A stretch of DNA of 64,000 nt from Eledone cirrhosa (taxonomy: Eukaryota). Positions 24,418 to 37,400 of this stretch are shown here, one piece after another (positions within the stretch are counted from its first letter, which is position 1; each line of letters opens with the position of its first letter). Made by a program: the position numbers and the translations under genes. Under the pieces are notes generated by a model. That model had not been told where the DNA came from and did no database searches. It saw only the letters and a list, made by a program, of their open reading frames with translations. The stretch spans positions 88,226,001 through 88,290,000 of the forward strand of contig OZ024741.1 of assembly GCA_964016885.1 (NCBI GenBank), given 5' to 3'.

Positions 24418-26074
24418 AGGAGAAGTACCTAGCTAAAAGTAAACCACTATACTTAGCTTTCGTCGACTTGGAGAAAGCCTTCGACAGAGTCCCCCGTTCC
24501 ATTATCTGGTGGGCTCTTAGAAAACTAGGTGTTGATGAATGGCTTGTGAGAGCTATACAAGCCATGTATAAAGAAACAGTCAGCAATGTTAGAATTAACA
24601 ACGAATATAGTGAAGAGTTTAGTGTAAAAATTGGTGTTCATCAGGGCTCTGTTCTTAGCCCCCTACTATTTATTATTGCCCTCCAGGCTATAACAGTGGA
24701 GCTCAAGACCGGCTGCCCATGGGAACTCCTATACGCAGATGATCTAACGCTCATAGCTGAATCAATGGCCGAGCTAGAGAAGAATTCCAAACATGGAAGC
24801 ACGGCCTAGAATCAAAAGGCCTTAAAATTAACCTGGCTAAGACTAAAGTTCTAGTTTGTAAGAAAGAAAATAAGGCGGCGGTCCCTCCGGGAAGTGGCCA
24901 TGCTCAGTGTGTAGGAAAGGCGTAGGTAGAAACTCCATTTTGTGTCCCAAATGCAAAGTATGGGTGCATAAAAGATGTAGTGGGATCACAGGTAAGCTAA
25001 CTGAGAACATAGATTTTACATGTGGCCGGTGTTCTGGGGCAATAAGTAGCAGCAAGTGCCCAAAAAATACTAGCTCTTTCAACTGCGCAGAGGGTTCTAT
25101 AGAAATAGTGGACAGCTTTCGTTACCTGGGTGACAAAATCAGCAGTCGGGGAGGGTGCTCTGAAAGTACAGTAGCTAGAGTCAGAACTGGATGGAAAAAG
25201 TTCAGAGAGCTTATACCGCTATTAGCCGCTAAAGGGTTCTCCCTAAAAATGAAAGGCAGGTTGTACGATGCCTGCATACGAACAGCAATGTTGCATGGCA
25301 GTGAGACCTGGGCATTGTGTGCAGAGGATATACGCAGACTAGAGAGAAACGAAGCTTGCATGCTCCGCTGGATGTGTAATAGTAATATACGTGAACGGCA
25401 AAGCATAAATGAACTAAGGAAAAAATTAGAAATAAGAGGGATCAGATGTTGTTTACTCAAGAGAAGGCTACGTTGGTATGGTCACGTGATGCGCATGAAG
25501 GACGATAGCTGTATAACAAAGTGCAGGGCAATAAAGATAGACGGTAGCCACGGAATAGGCAGACCCAGAAAAACCTGGGACGAGCTGATAAATTCCGACC
25601 TCACACACTTACACCTCACCAAGACAATGTCACTGGACCGAGACCTTTGGCGGTACTCAGTAATAGAGAAGACCCGCCTTACCTAAATACAAAGTTAAAC
25701 CTACTACAGTCAGTAGGCATCTCTAACAAAATACACCCCCGTCCCACTACCCCCACCCCATCCACACCGCCCCTTTCAATGTAAAGTTATGTTGGTACCA
25801 CAACATCCAGGCCGAAACAAATGAGATCGTGTAGGTGTCACGTCAAAAAACACACAGTTCACGCTGTAATGTGGCCGTGTAGGCAACACGGTAAAAACCT
25901 CCCAGCCCCACACTGTAAATGTGGTTGGTGTTAGGAAGGGCATCCAGCTGTAGAAAACCCGCCAGATAGTCCTATGCGAGCAAGATAACCACTCTTGCCT
26001 TAAGTGGGAAAACCCTCCGTTCAAACCCATGCAAGCGTGGAACACGGACGTTAAACGATGATGATGATGATGAT
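24418..26074 (+). mobile_element. 5'-truncated RTE LINE (family A), frameshifted
   Basis: RT from EKYLAK onward, two frameshifts, (GAT)n tail. Confidence 0.95.
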
Positions 26075-26127
26075 GTATATGCGTGTAAGTATGTATATAT
26101 ATATATGTATATGTGTAAGTATGTATA

Positions 26128-26158
<31 letters not shown>

Positions 26159-26220
26159 GTCATAATGGATGCAGTAAAAACCTGTTGGACTAGTACTTGA
26201 TACTTGGGGTAGTAGAGTGT

Positions 26221-26318
26221 GGGACCCCCGATGGCTAAGCTCCTACCGTTTCAACAGTTATTTCTGAACTGTTCAGAAATAGCTGTTGAAACAGCAGGAG
26301 CTCAGCCATCAGGTTCCC
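26221..26318. repeat. ~100-bp imperfect palindrome
   Basis: GGGACCCCCGATGGCTAAGCTCC...TTTCTGAAC t GTTCAGAAA...GGAGCTCAGCCATCAGGTTCCC. Confidence 0.85.
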
Positions 26319-26348
26319 AAATTCTGTACATACATACATACATATATC

Positions 26349-26381
<33 letters not shown>

Positions 26382-26526
26382 CATCCTCATCATCATCGTT
26401 TAATGTCTATCTTCTATGCTAGCATGGGTTTAGACGGGAATTGTCCCACTTGGGGCAAGATTGCTTGGGAGACCGTGTCTCACTCGTATAGGACTGTCTG
26501 GCGGGTTTTCTATGGCTGGATGCCCT

Positions 26527-29500
26527 TCATCATCACCGTTTTACGTCCGTTCTTCCACGCTAGCATGGGTTAGACGGGTTGTCCTGTTGTGGGCAGTGTC
26601 TGGTCGGCTGACCATGCCTTGCTCATACAGGAACTGATCTGGCTTGATTTCTACAGCTGGATGCCCTTCCTAACACCAACCTCATTTACAGTGAGTGCTG
26701 GGTGCTTTTTCGTGGCGCCTACACGTCCACTTTACAGTGTGGGCTGGGTGCTTTTTTGCCGTGGCACCTCCACGACCACCTTGCGGTGGGGGGGGGGGGG
26801 GGGGGGGCATATTGTTTATATGCTTCAGCATGTACCCATGGGAGGTCGGGTACCCTGTATTACTGCGTGACGCCAGAAGTCACGGTCGTGTGTCATTGAC
26901 TTTGAGAGGTGTAGTTGGGTAAGGTCGGCTTTTATCACCTCATCCCAAGTCATCTTGGGTCTCCCCACTCCGCGGTTTCCATCAACTTCTAGTGCTCTGC
27001 ACCTTTTTATGCAGCTGTCATCCTTCATACGCATCACATGTCCATACCAGCGTAACCGCCTCTCCTGCACGCAGCATTTGATTCCTCTTATGCTCAGTCT
27101 CTCTCTCAATTCATTTATGCTTTGTCGTTCACGTATATTACTGTTACACATCCATCGGAGCATGCAGGCTTCGTTTCTCTCTAATCTACGTAAGTCTTCC
27201 ACCTTCAGCGCCCAGGTCTCACTACCATGCAACATCGCTGTTCGGATACACGCATCATACAGTCTGCCTTTCATTCTGAGGGAGAAGCCTTTTGCAGCTA
27301 GCAGTGGTAGTAGTTCCCTAAACTTCTTCCATCCCGTTCTTACCCTAGTTATTGTACTTTCTGAGCACCCACCTCCGTTGCTAATTCGGTCACCTAGGTA
27401 GCAGAAGCTGTCTACTGTTTCTACAGGGCCCTCCCAGAGATTGGTGGTACTTGTTTCCTGTGGCTGTTTGCTTGCTGTTTCAGCACAGCTGCTGCATGTG
27501 AATCCTACATTCTTAATTAAGCTTCCTGAGATCCCGCTACATCTCTTGTGTACCCATTGTTTGCATTTGGGGCAAAGAATGGAGTTCCTACCTACACCTT
27601 TCCTACATACTGAGCAAGGCCATTTCCCTGAGGGGATCTGGGTTCTGTTTTCTCGTCTACTTATAAGGACCTTAGTCTTTGTCATGTTGACTTTGAGGCC
27701 CTTTCTCTCTAGTCCCTGCTTCCAGGTTTGGAATTTATTCTCTAGTTCTACCATAGATTCAGCTATGAGTGCGAGGTCATCAGCATACAGGAGTTCCCAT
27801 GGGCATCCGGTCTTAAACTCCTCCGTTATTGCCTGCAGGACTATGATGAACAGGAGAGGGCTAAGAACAGAGCCCTGGTGGACCCCAACCTGTACGCTAA
27901 ATTCCTCGCTATACTCATTGCCAATCCTAACTTTGCTGACTGCTCCCCTATACATGGCTTGTACCGCTTTCACAAGCCATTCATCTACTCCTAGTTTTCT
28001 AAGAGCCCACCAGATTACTGCACGTGGAACTCTGTCAAAGGCTTTCTCAAGGTCGACAAATGCCAAGTAGAGTGGCTTACTTTTAGCTAGGTACTTTTCC
28101 TGTAATTGCCTCACAAGGAAGAGCGCATCAGTGGTGCCTTTCCCTGGAACAAACCCAAATTGCATCTCGTCTATATTCACCCGGTCCCTAATCAGCTGTG
28201 CTATAACTCTTTCTGTTACTTTCATGACCTGGTCCATCAACTTTATACCTCTATAATTTCCTCTATCTAGTGCATCGCCTTTACCTTTGTAGCAGTTGAC
28301 AATGATGCTACTGCACCAATCTTTTGGTATGGCCCCCTCTAGTATTACCTGGTTAACGATACGTGTGGTTATAGTGTGACCTACAGACCCAGATGCCTTC
28401 AGCATCTCGGCAGCTATACCCGATGGACCGGTTGCCTTCCCTATCTTCATATCTCTGATTGCCTTACTTACTACGCTGCCGCTGACTTGTACTGCTGGTC
28501 CCTCTATAGGGTCTACGTGGGGTAGGGTCTCTTCTTCCCATGCATTCTCCTCATTTAGTAATCTATCATAATGACTCTTCCATGCATCTTTCTTCTCAGC
28601 ACTTGTGAGGGCAAGCTCACCTTTATCATTCCGGATACACTTCTCTCCAATGACATCACAACTATCTCTGACACACTGCCTCGCAATCTTGAATACCTCC
28701 TGTTTCTGGTCCTCACGTTGTAAAACATGCTTGAATTTTCTATCCTCTGCTTCCCTCCTAGCTAAGTATACTTGTCGCCTAGCTTCCCTCTTGGTCTCTA
28801 TGTAATGTACCCTGCTCCCCCCGTTCTTCCATTCTTTCCATGCCTGTCTCTTGGCCTTGACTGCTTCATCTACCTTATTGTTCCACCACCAAGTCACTCT
28901 CCTCCTGCTTGAGGTCTTACTCCAGCCACAAACCTCATCCGTCGCCTCTAGTAAGTTATTTTTTAGGAACTCCCAGTTCTCTTCTACGTTAAATGTCTCT
29001 ATCTGTTCTTCTTTACTGTCGTAGGCGTTGAGTAAAATATCTTTAAATCTGTTACTGGTTGAGGGGACTTTCAGCTTCCAGATCTTTCTTCTCCAGGTTG
29101 GCCTCTGTTTCAGGGCTCGTCTAGTTCTGACCGTGAGGTCGCTGACAACTAAGCTATGTTGGGATGTACATTCCTCACTAGGGAAGGCTTTTGTGTTTAC
29201 GACCGTCCATCTGTCACGTCCTCTGATGAGGATAAAATCTAACTGACTAGAGTGCTCCCCTGATCTATAGGTGATCAGGTGGTTGTCGGGTTTTTTAAAG
29301 TTTGTGTTACATATCGACATGTCATTGGCGTCGCAGAATTCTAGAAGTCTGAATCCTTCCTCATTCCTTGTGCCAACTCCATGGCCTCCATGTACTCTAT
29401 TGAAGCCGTCGCAGTGTTTACCTACGTGTCCGTTAAAATCTCCTGCAATGATTAGGAAGTCCTTGTCGTCTGTTAGAGCAGTAGTGTGTATTAGGGACTC

Positions 29501-29996
29501 GTAAAACCTATCCTTAAGTTCGTCTGGCAGCCCCGATTGGGGTGCGTAAGCTGATATTATTGTGGTAATTGTCTTATTCAGGACTAGTCTGAGTTTAATG
29601 ATTCTTGCATTTACCCTGTACACTGAGATTACTTTATCTACCCACTTGTCAGCTAATAGTATACCTACACCACCCATCCCATCGTCATTTCCCACCCAGA
29701 AAAATTTGTAGCACTGGCTTTTTCCTACAAGGACTCTAGCAGACCCTCCTCTCCATCTAGTCTCTTGCACACAGCATACATCAACTTCCTTTCGCTCTAG
29801 CATTTCTACGATTTCTCCTGCTCTTCCTTTCATTGAGCCTACATTGATGGTACCAACTCGGAGTTTTGGGCATTTGTCGACACTCGTAGGGGAGGGTCTC
29901 TGGGTTGGCGCTTCACGTGGGTGCTTGGTAGCTCGCAGATTCATATTTCATCTATTGATTCAGAGTTGCTCGTGTATTCCCAGCTCATCCATCCCT
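26527..29996 (-). mobile_element. Full-length RTE LINE (family B)
   Basis: Uninterrupted ORF, short 5' UTR, 3' UTR with poly-C (sense) and GAT tail. Confidence 0.95.
26825..29944 (-). CDS. RTE polyprotein, 1039 aa: AP endonuclease + RT + PHD finger, catalytic motifs intact
   Basis: CVQETRW, GDFNGH, DLEKAFD, QGSVLSP, YADD, YLG; C4HC3 insert. Confidence 0.93.
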   Translation of the reverse strand: MNLRATKHPREAPTQRPSPTSVDKCPKLRVGTINVGSMKGRAGEIVEMLERKEVDVCCVQETRWRGGSARVLVGKSQCYKFFWVGNDDGMGGVGILLADKWVDKVISVYRVNARIIKLRLVLNKTITTIISAYAPQSGLPDELKDRFYESLIHTTALTDDKDFLIIAGDFNGHVGKHCDGFNRVHGGHGVGTRNEEGFRLLEFCDANDMSICNTNFKKPDNHLITYRSGEHSSQLDFILIRGRDRWTVVNTKAFPSEECTSQHSLVVSDLTVRTRRALKQRPTWRRKIWKLKVPSTSNRFKDILLNAYDSKEEQIETFNVEENWEFLKNNLLEATDEVCGWSKTSSRRRVTWWWNNKVDEAVKAKRQAWKEWKNGGSRVHYIETKREARRQVYLARREAEDRKFKHVLQREDQKQEVFKIARQCVRDSCDVIGEKCIRNDKGELALTSAEKKDAWKSHYDRLLNEENAWEEETLPHVDPIEGPAVQVSGSVVSKAIRDMKIGKATGPSGIAAEMLKASGSVGHTITTRIVNQVILEGAIPKDWCSSIIVNCYKGKGDALDRGNYRGIKLMDQVMKVTERVIAQLIRDRVNIDEMQFGFVPGKGTTDALFLVRQLQEKYLAKSKPLYLAFVDLEKAFDRVPRAVIWWALRKLGVDEWLVKAVQAMYRGAVSKVRIGNEYSEEFSVQVGVHQGSVLSPLLFIIVLQAITEEFKTGCPWELLYADDLALIAESMVELENKFQTWKQGLERKGLKVNMTKTKVLISRRENRTQIPSGKWPCSVCRKGVGRNSILCPKCKQWVHKRCSGISGSLIKNVGFTCSSCAETASKQPQETSTTNLWEGPVETVDSFCYLGDRISNGGGCSESTITRVRTGWKKFRELLPLLAAKGFSLRMKGRLYDACIRTAMLHGSETWALKVEDLRRLERNEACMLRWMCNSNIRERQSINELRERLSIRGIKCCVQERRLRWYGHVMRMKDDSCIKRCRALEVDGNRGVGRPKMTWDEVIKADLTQLHLSKSMTHDRDFWRHAVIQGTRPPMGTC

Positions 29997-30351
29997 ATAT
30001 AAATGTGTGTATTTGACTGTGTTATATGAGGAACCACAAACTTTGTATTGGATTTGACGATTGATTGTTCCAGGTATTTGGTTAGCAGAACCACATACTC
30101 ATTGTTTTACAGTTTAAGTGGCTCAGTATTCTACAGATACTGTACCATTACATGGCAATGTGTGTAGGTTACAATTGAATTACAGGTACAAGCCATCTAA
30201 TAAGTTTCCACACAGTTTCTGTCTACTCAATATCAGTCTGCTCTAATTACACAACTATAAACAAAAATCTTGAATTCCAAATCACATTATTTCTGTCTGC
30301 CCAATTACTCTCACAATCTGTAACTCTGCTAGAAGTCACGCATATGTGTGA

Positions 30352-30382
<31 letters not shown>

Positions 30383-31660
30383 AGTTTCTGCAATATTTGA
30401 TTGTGCCGAGCGTCGTTACCATGACGAATGGTGAGATGCTGTGCTAAAAAGGACCCATCCCACCCTTCAAGCAAGGAAAAGCGGACGTAAAATGACGATG
30501 ATGATATATATGTATATACAAACTTAAGAAAATTAACAGACAGGACATGACAACAAACGAAAAACAATTTTTTTTAAAATTGTTTTTTAAAAATAGAAAT
30601 AGAAATGGGCACAGAACTCCAGAGTCATCAGCTGGGATCACAGCATCTGACACAAGCCAAAGGCTGTCCAGTGGAGTAAGAGACAAGCGACAAAACATTA
30701 ATTTATAGCAATTAAGCTGCACATAGAGTTTTATGTGACATCAAGGAAAAAATGTGGTGCCTCTTGTAGCACAAGAGTCATGAATGAAATAGAAAAAAAG
30801 AAAGTAAGATATTGTGTTAAAAAATGTGTAAGCCATTGCAATAAATGCGGAGAGAAGCAATAACACATTCGACACATTAGTATTGATAAACTTAAGAAAA
30901 TTAACAAAAGAGGACAAGACAATGAACGAAAAACAATTTTTAAAGGGGAAATAGATAGATAGATGGAGAAAGGCATGAATGTAACCATATGTCACCTTGA
31001 GCATGTGTCTTCTATAGCCTTCGGCTGACAAATGCCTTGTGTGTAAAATTAGTAGATGAAGCTTGTTATATGTATATCTGTGTGCATGTGTATACCTTGC
31101 ATAAACAAATCCCATGGATGAGCAGTACAATATATGAGGATCTGTACCTTCCTTTAAAAAGACCCAATGTAAAGATTGGCATCATGAAGAGCATCTAATC
31201 ATAGAAAACTGTCTTTAAAATGTACCTTCTAACTTATGCTAGCAAGGAAAAACAGACATAAAAATGATGTATAAGTATGCATGTATACATACATCATCAG
31301 CATCACCATTTTACATTCATTAGATGGGTTGTCACATTCTGAGACTAGACAGGTGAGATAACATCTTGCTCATATGTATCGTTTCATTTTGGCATGGTTT
31401 CTACAGATGAATACTCTTCCTATCTCCTACCATTTTACAGTGTATACCTGGTACATTTAAATCGTGGCATTAGTACTATTTACAGCATGGACTGGGTGCA
31501 TTTCATCTTTAAATGGAAAAAAATACTTCAAAACCAATAAAGATATACAAGTAATTTAAAAACAGCAACAAATATTACTTTTAATTCTATGGAACTTGGG
31601 GAAACTCATTAACTTAATGTTTGACTTTTATGTCTGATTATACATAAAATACATACATTA

Positions 31661-31897
31661 ATTTGAAAATATTGTCGTCGTAATGCAGAATAATTATAAT
31701 AACAGTTGATAATTATGAGTAATTGTTGATTAAATCGAGTAAAGTGTCCCTGGAGATGAACAGAGATGTTTTCAGAGAATTTCTCATACAGAGGTGTGTG
31801 GTTCTGTTCACTTTTTTATGTCTCTAGGGGTTCTTTACCCTTTTAGCTATCTACTATCATTATAGTTATCCTCATTGTGATGACGATATTTTCAAAT
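31661..31897. mobile_element. Second, internally deleted copy of the 8931-9293 foldback element
   Basis: TIR ATTTGAAAATATTGTCGTC/GATGACGATATTTTCAAAT; shares CCTGGAGATG and TATAGTTATC..CATTGTG blocks. Confidence 0.7.
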
Positions 31898-31949
31898 CTG
31901 GTTTGCATCCATGAATATTTTTAACATTATCTTCTGTTTTCTTCTTCAG

Positions 31950-32051
31950 TTGGACAAAGACAAGGTTGCAACTTTGATTGAACAACACATACGGCAAGGC
32001 AATACTCACATGAATGGTCCAATGTCTCCAATTACTGTTCCTTCAGGTTGA
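31950..32051 (+). CDS. NRBP1: NRBP terminal coding exon
   Basis: Strong pyrimidine tract + cag; LDKDKVATLIEQHIRQGNTHMNGPMSPITVPSG*, in phase with previous exon. Confidence 0.85.
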   Translation: MDKDKVATLIEQHIRQGNTHMNGPMSPITVPSG

Positions 32052-32229
32052 ACATAAACCTAATATTTCTTCAGACAGTCTCAGCCCCCTCCTCTGCCAT
32101 TGGTTGCATCACCATGTGATGTGCCAAGGCAAACAAACAAACAAACAAACAAGCAAACGTGTACTTCCTACTCAATTTTCTTTGTTTTATTATTTGGGTC
32201 TTCATAGTTATTATAATAATAATAATATT

Positions 32230-32460
32230 TTCGACACAAGCCCAGTAATTAGGGGGGAGATGAAAGTTGATTTAAATCAACCCCAGTACTGGACCTTGGT
32301 GGGATTTGAACTCAGAACATAAAGTTCTGTGTTCAAATCTCATCAAGGTCAGTTTTGCCTTTTATCCTTCCGGGATCAATAAAATAAAGTAACAGTCCAG
32401 TACTGGAGTTAATTTAATTGACTTTCCTCTCCTCCAAAATTATCAGCCTTGTGTCTAAAA
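32230..32460. repeat. Head-to-head inverted SINE pair just 3' of the NRBP stop
   Basis: GACCTTGGTGGGATTTGAACTCAGAAC-ataaa-GTTCTGTGTTCAAATCTCATCAAGGTC plus outer arms. Confidence 0.8.
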
Positions 32461-32901
32461 TAGAAATGATTGTTATTATTATTACTACAACTATGAAGAC
32501 CCATTCCCACCATATAATTCTACTACTAATTTAGGTGACTTCAATCCTGCAGTCACCATATATTATTAAGAAGGTTCACTCTCACCATCTAACCTCAACC
32601 GCCCTTCCTGCTAATCTAGGTGACAGCTATTGCTAGTCACCACATACTACTACTATAAAGCCTAAACCCACCACTTAACCTCCTCCCGTCCCATCATCAC
32701 AGTGACATCAATGCTACAGTTATCACATTTTTTTTTTTATAATAATCTACCTCTTACAATAAACCAAAATTTAATCACATACCATAATGGAGGTGAGGGA
32801 ATGCTACAATTCTGGCCTGTACATACCTACATATATATATTTATATACACACACACACATACTTATACATGCATATATACATATACATATATATTTGTAT
32901 G

Positions 32902-33036
<135 letters not shown>

Positions 33037-34019
33037 AAACTGCCAGTTAAACTGAGCCAGCCACTTGTTTATCATCCCTAACTCTTCAGGAGTGTTTGTG
33101 TATACAAACACTCCATCACTATATAACTAGGTCTGCTGCTGCTGCAGTGATTTCATCGGATCAGAAACTATGATGATGATTTCGGAGGCATCCCAGACAT
33201 TCAGTCATCCACCCATTTGGCATCCAGCGAGATGAAAAAAAAAAGCAAGAAAAGAGCCCTTTAAAGTCCTTTATTTCTTCTTCCTGAAGGTCGTGCCTGT
33301 TTTAAATTTTACGCCAGTTTAAAACTGTTTTTGGTCATCTCCCATGGATGGTCAGGTAGGACCACTGCTATAGGACTTGACATTGCTAACAAAAAAGACA
33401 CAAAAATGATATACAAGAAGAGCAGAAGAGATATTTCACAACTGATGGTGATGATAATGATGATGGTGATGGTGGCGGTGAAGGTGATGATGACAATGAT
33501 TGTGATGATGACAATGATTATGATTTTATATTTTATTTCATAATTACTAATAATACAAATTAGTATGTTTTTTATTTCTTTATTTGTTTTGTTTCTTCTT
33601 TTTTTTTTTTTGTGCAATTTTGTACTTTCTGCCAACTCCTACATATCCTCTTCCTTGTGACAAAATTTCAGTTGAAAATCTTTCTGGCTTTATTAATTAA
33701 CTTTTTAATTTAAATGAATTTGTAATAGGTACTTTCAAATTTATCCTTTATTTTGTATATGTATATTCAGCAATACATATTTATGTACATCTGTGTATGC
33801 ATGTGTCTATATTATATTGTGTGTGTGTGTGTACACAGCAAGTAAACTTGTGTATAATCCAAGAAATATTTGACAAAAAGATTGCTGATAAAATGGGGGT
33901 GGACTTATATTCAAGGTCAATATTTTGCCAGTTTTTCCCCATATGTACATATGTGTGAGTGTGTGTGTGTGTGTATATATATATATGTGTGTGTGTGTGT
34001 ATGTATATATATGTATGTG

Positions 34020-34460
34020 TGTGAATGGCAAAACATTGAAGGTTGGGGATAAATTTGTATATTTAGGCGGCACAGTTAGCATTATAAACACTCTTGATGA
34101 TGAAATCTCTTTACAACTAAAGAAAGCGAGTGATTTTTTTTGGTAAATTAAATTTCTATTGATACAAAGTCTAACAGAAAATGTAGACTTTGTATGTAAC
34201 TGATGTATAGGGATAACTGGTAGTAAGAGCATCAGTGAAATAAAATTTTTCCAATCCCAGACAGGATCAATAGAAGTGGTCGATAAATTCTGCTGCTTAG
34301 GTGATCAAATTTGCAGTGGAGAGTGTTTTGTGAACATAGTAGCTTGAATAAGAATAGGATGAAAAAAGTTCAGGGCACTATTTTTCTCTACAAACAAAAG
34401 GCCAGCTGTATGATACCTGAGTCTGATAGTGTATAGTAGCAAGAAACAGGCAGTGAATGC
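34020..34460 (+). mobile_element. Old RTE ORF fragments
   Basis: NGKTLKVGDKFVYLGGTVS..LDDEIS; then GSIEVVDKFCCLGDQI, like families A/B. Confidence 0.6.
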
Positions 34461-37400
34461 AGAGGTAAATGTCCCCTCCACTCCTTTCTCACACTTAACC
34501 CCCTAAAAGACACTGGCACCGAACCATTTTATCCCTCTCCTTTCCCAAACTTAAACCCCCTAAAAGATAGACAATGGTTGCATTCAACCACTTTCTCTAA
34601 GGAAGAAGACAACCTAAATAAATTGGGTATTTTCAAAAAAGTAAGCTAAAGTGTTTGACTTCATCCTGTTAATTATTTTACCAGTGGATCATTGCCGTTA
34701 ACATTGATGACAATAGTGTTGAAGAACGTATTTAATGTTTAGAGTCCAGGGTTGGCATGCCTTATATACCAGGATTACCAGATGAACAATCGTATTTATA
34801 CAATCGTATAAACTGGGAATTTTGCTTTTTGATAAATTAATGGTTTGCATAAGAAAAACCCTATAGTTTATGTTAATTGCTGACACAAGAAAGTAATTAA
34901 AGATAAAAGTATATTTAAATCATTTATCTAATTATATTCTAGAAATAAATTTTCTAGGATTAAATGTGTGTATAACTTTGGAGAAATAACAATTTACAAA
35001 GGCAAATATAGGTTAAGAACCCAGGAGCTTGGGATTAAAAACTTCTTACTGTAGCAACCTGACTGAAATAGGAAATACATTGTGGAAGTATGCAAATTTT
35101 AATGAGTTACAGACAGATATATATATAAATATACAAACACACTTGGCATATTATTATGGCTGATTGGTTTTATCCATTGGACTGCAGTCATGCCACAGCA
35201 CCAAAGCCTTTTTAACTAATTATTTTGACCCAGTACTTGTTTTATCGATCTCCATTTGTCAGTTTGTGATAGGTCACTATTTGTGGAGTTACCTCCCCTT
35301 GAAATGTATCGCAATTACCACGAGGATTTTAAGCTGGTAAATATAAAAACCTACATCGACACAAGCACTCAATTGTTGGTGATTGTACGTATGTATATTC
35401 ATCATTTTAACATCTACACACAATGGGCTTCCACACAGTTTCTATCTACCAAAATTCACTCACAAGGTTCTATACATATTTTTTCCTTTTTTTTTCTTTT
35501 TTCATATTTTACATAATTTGGTTTGTTGTTGTTTAGATTTACATCAGCCCTGATTGAACAAACTAGTGATCAAAGTCTCAAGGGTATTCCAGTCATGACC
35601 ATTCCATTTATTTTTAGTTCATGTAAAGTGAGGACTACATTAGCTAATGTGACTGCCATTTCTAGCAGTTCCAACAGCGATTTAACTGATCATTCAATTT
35701 TGACCTATGAAAACTTCATAACTTCAGCCCTTCTCATAACTGCACTGCAACAAATTTCTATATATTTTTCATGTATAGTGTATCCTTTATTTCAGTGAAT
35801 TGTCAATTGTTAGAACATTAGATTAATATCTCACTGGCTGAGTGCATTGTGTTCAAATCCAGCTGAAATCAACCTTGTCTTTCATCCTTTCAAGGTTGAT
35901 AAAGTACTAGTTCGTTACTGGTTCTTCCACTACCTCTCTTTATCCTTAATTCTTTTTCTTTAGAAAAAATCAATTGTATACCAACCTGGAAAGGGCTGGC
36001 TTCTGTCAGATTTTAAATGCCTATGACATGCCATAGGTGTTAGGAAGGGCATCCAGCTGTAAAAAAACACCTGCCAGAGATGCTTCCATGTAAGCGAGAC
36101 ATGGTCTCTCGACCATTCACGCATCATAGAACAAAACCGTTTAACCCACGCTAGCGTGGAAGATGGACATTAAACGATGATGGTGATGATGATATGATGC
36201 CATATGTCAAGACTCTATCAACAGTTAGGGACTCTTTACTTCCTTTTCTTCAATACAATAATATATTAATTGAAAGAGAGTTGACTGCTATTTTTATTTG
36301 TATGGGATTTATTTGGTAAATTTCTAAGAAAGCAATCACTGCTTCGTGTCATTTCTGTTGTCAGTAGCACCAAAGAAATGCCTGTACAACATGGTTACAA
36401 ATAATGTTTGTTGGAAATCACCAGTTCATTGTTTTTTACGCTGATGTTAAAATCTTTTAGCAAAAAAAGTGAATGTAGCAAGGCAAACAGCCAAGAAGTT
36501 TGTTTCATAATCATTATATCCCGGTTTTAATTCCACTGCATGGTCTTTTGAGCAAGTGTCATTTACCATAGTCATGGGTCAACATGTGCCTTGTGAGTGA
36601 AACAGTAGATGGGAATTTTTTGGAATCCCATAAGATGTACTGTACATGTAATTCAATGGGCCAGCCTTATCACAACTGCCATTCTGAAACTTCCTGAAAA
36701 TTAGGTTATGGGTACACCTATCTGTAGACTGCTCAGCTAATTACATGTTAATTTCATGTACAGGCTGTTCCATTCATTGAACAACTGGAACACACCTCAT
36801 TAAAATTGACTGGCATACATTCAGTGAAAGATATACGCATTGTAAAAGACGCATTAGCCAAGGTTCTGCAGTGAATTTGAACCTGGAAACACATGGTTGC
36901 AAAGTGAGCTTCTAACCACACAGTCATTCCCGTGCCCTTCTTATGAGTTATAATATGTGTATGCCAGCTACAACAGAAGGCTGTGTCTTCCACCACACAC
37001 ACACACACATGGGGACCATTAAACAGCTTCAAGGTAACATTCCAACATCTTTATCATAGTTTTAACAATTATTGACCTATTTACATTTTGGTAGCCTTAT
37101 AATAAAACGCTATTTTCTAGACACATTCATTGAGCCAAATAACCAACTAATGCCTTCCCATCTTAAAAATAGATAAAAAGAATTGGAAAGAAGCCCCAGT
37201 AGAGGTAAACCAAGAAAGACCTGGGCAGAAGTGGTGAGAGCTGACCTCAATTTTCTGAGACTCACAGATGAGATGATGGAGGAACGCAGTGAGCGGAGAT
37301 ATGCTGTGCAGAGAAATACCCATCCAACCCATGCAAGCATGGAAAAATGAACATAAAAAAGATTAAATATACTCGATAAATATGATATAAATTTCTAACT

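Noticed and set aside
26955-29504. Antisense ORFs over the LINEs (also 15080-16019, 20414-21355)
   Set aside because: Shadow frames of RT coding sequence
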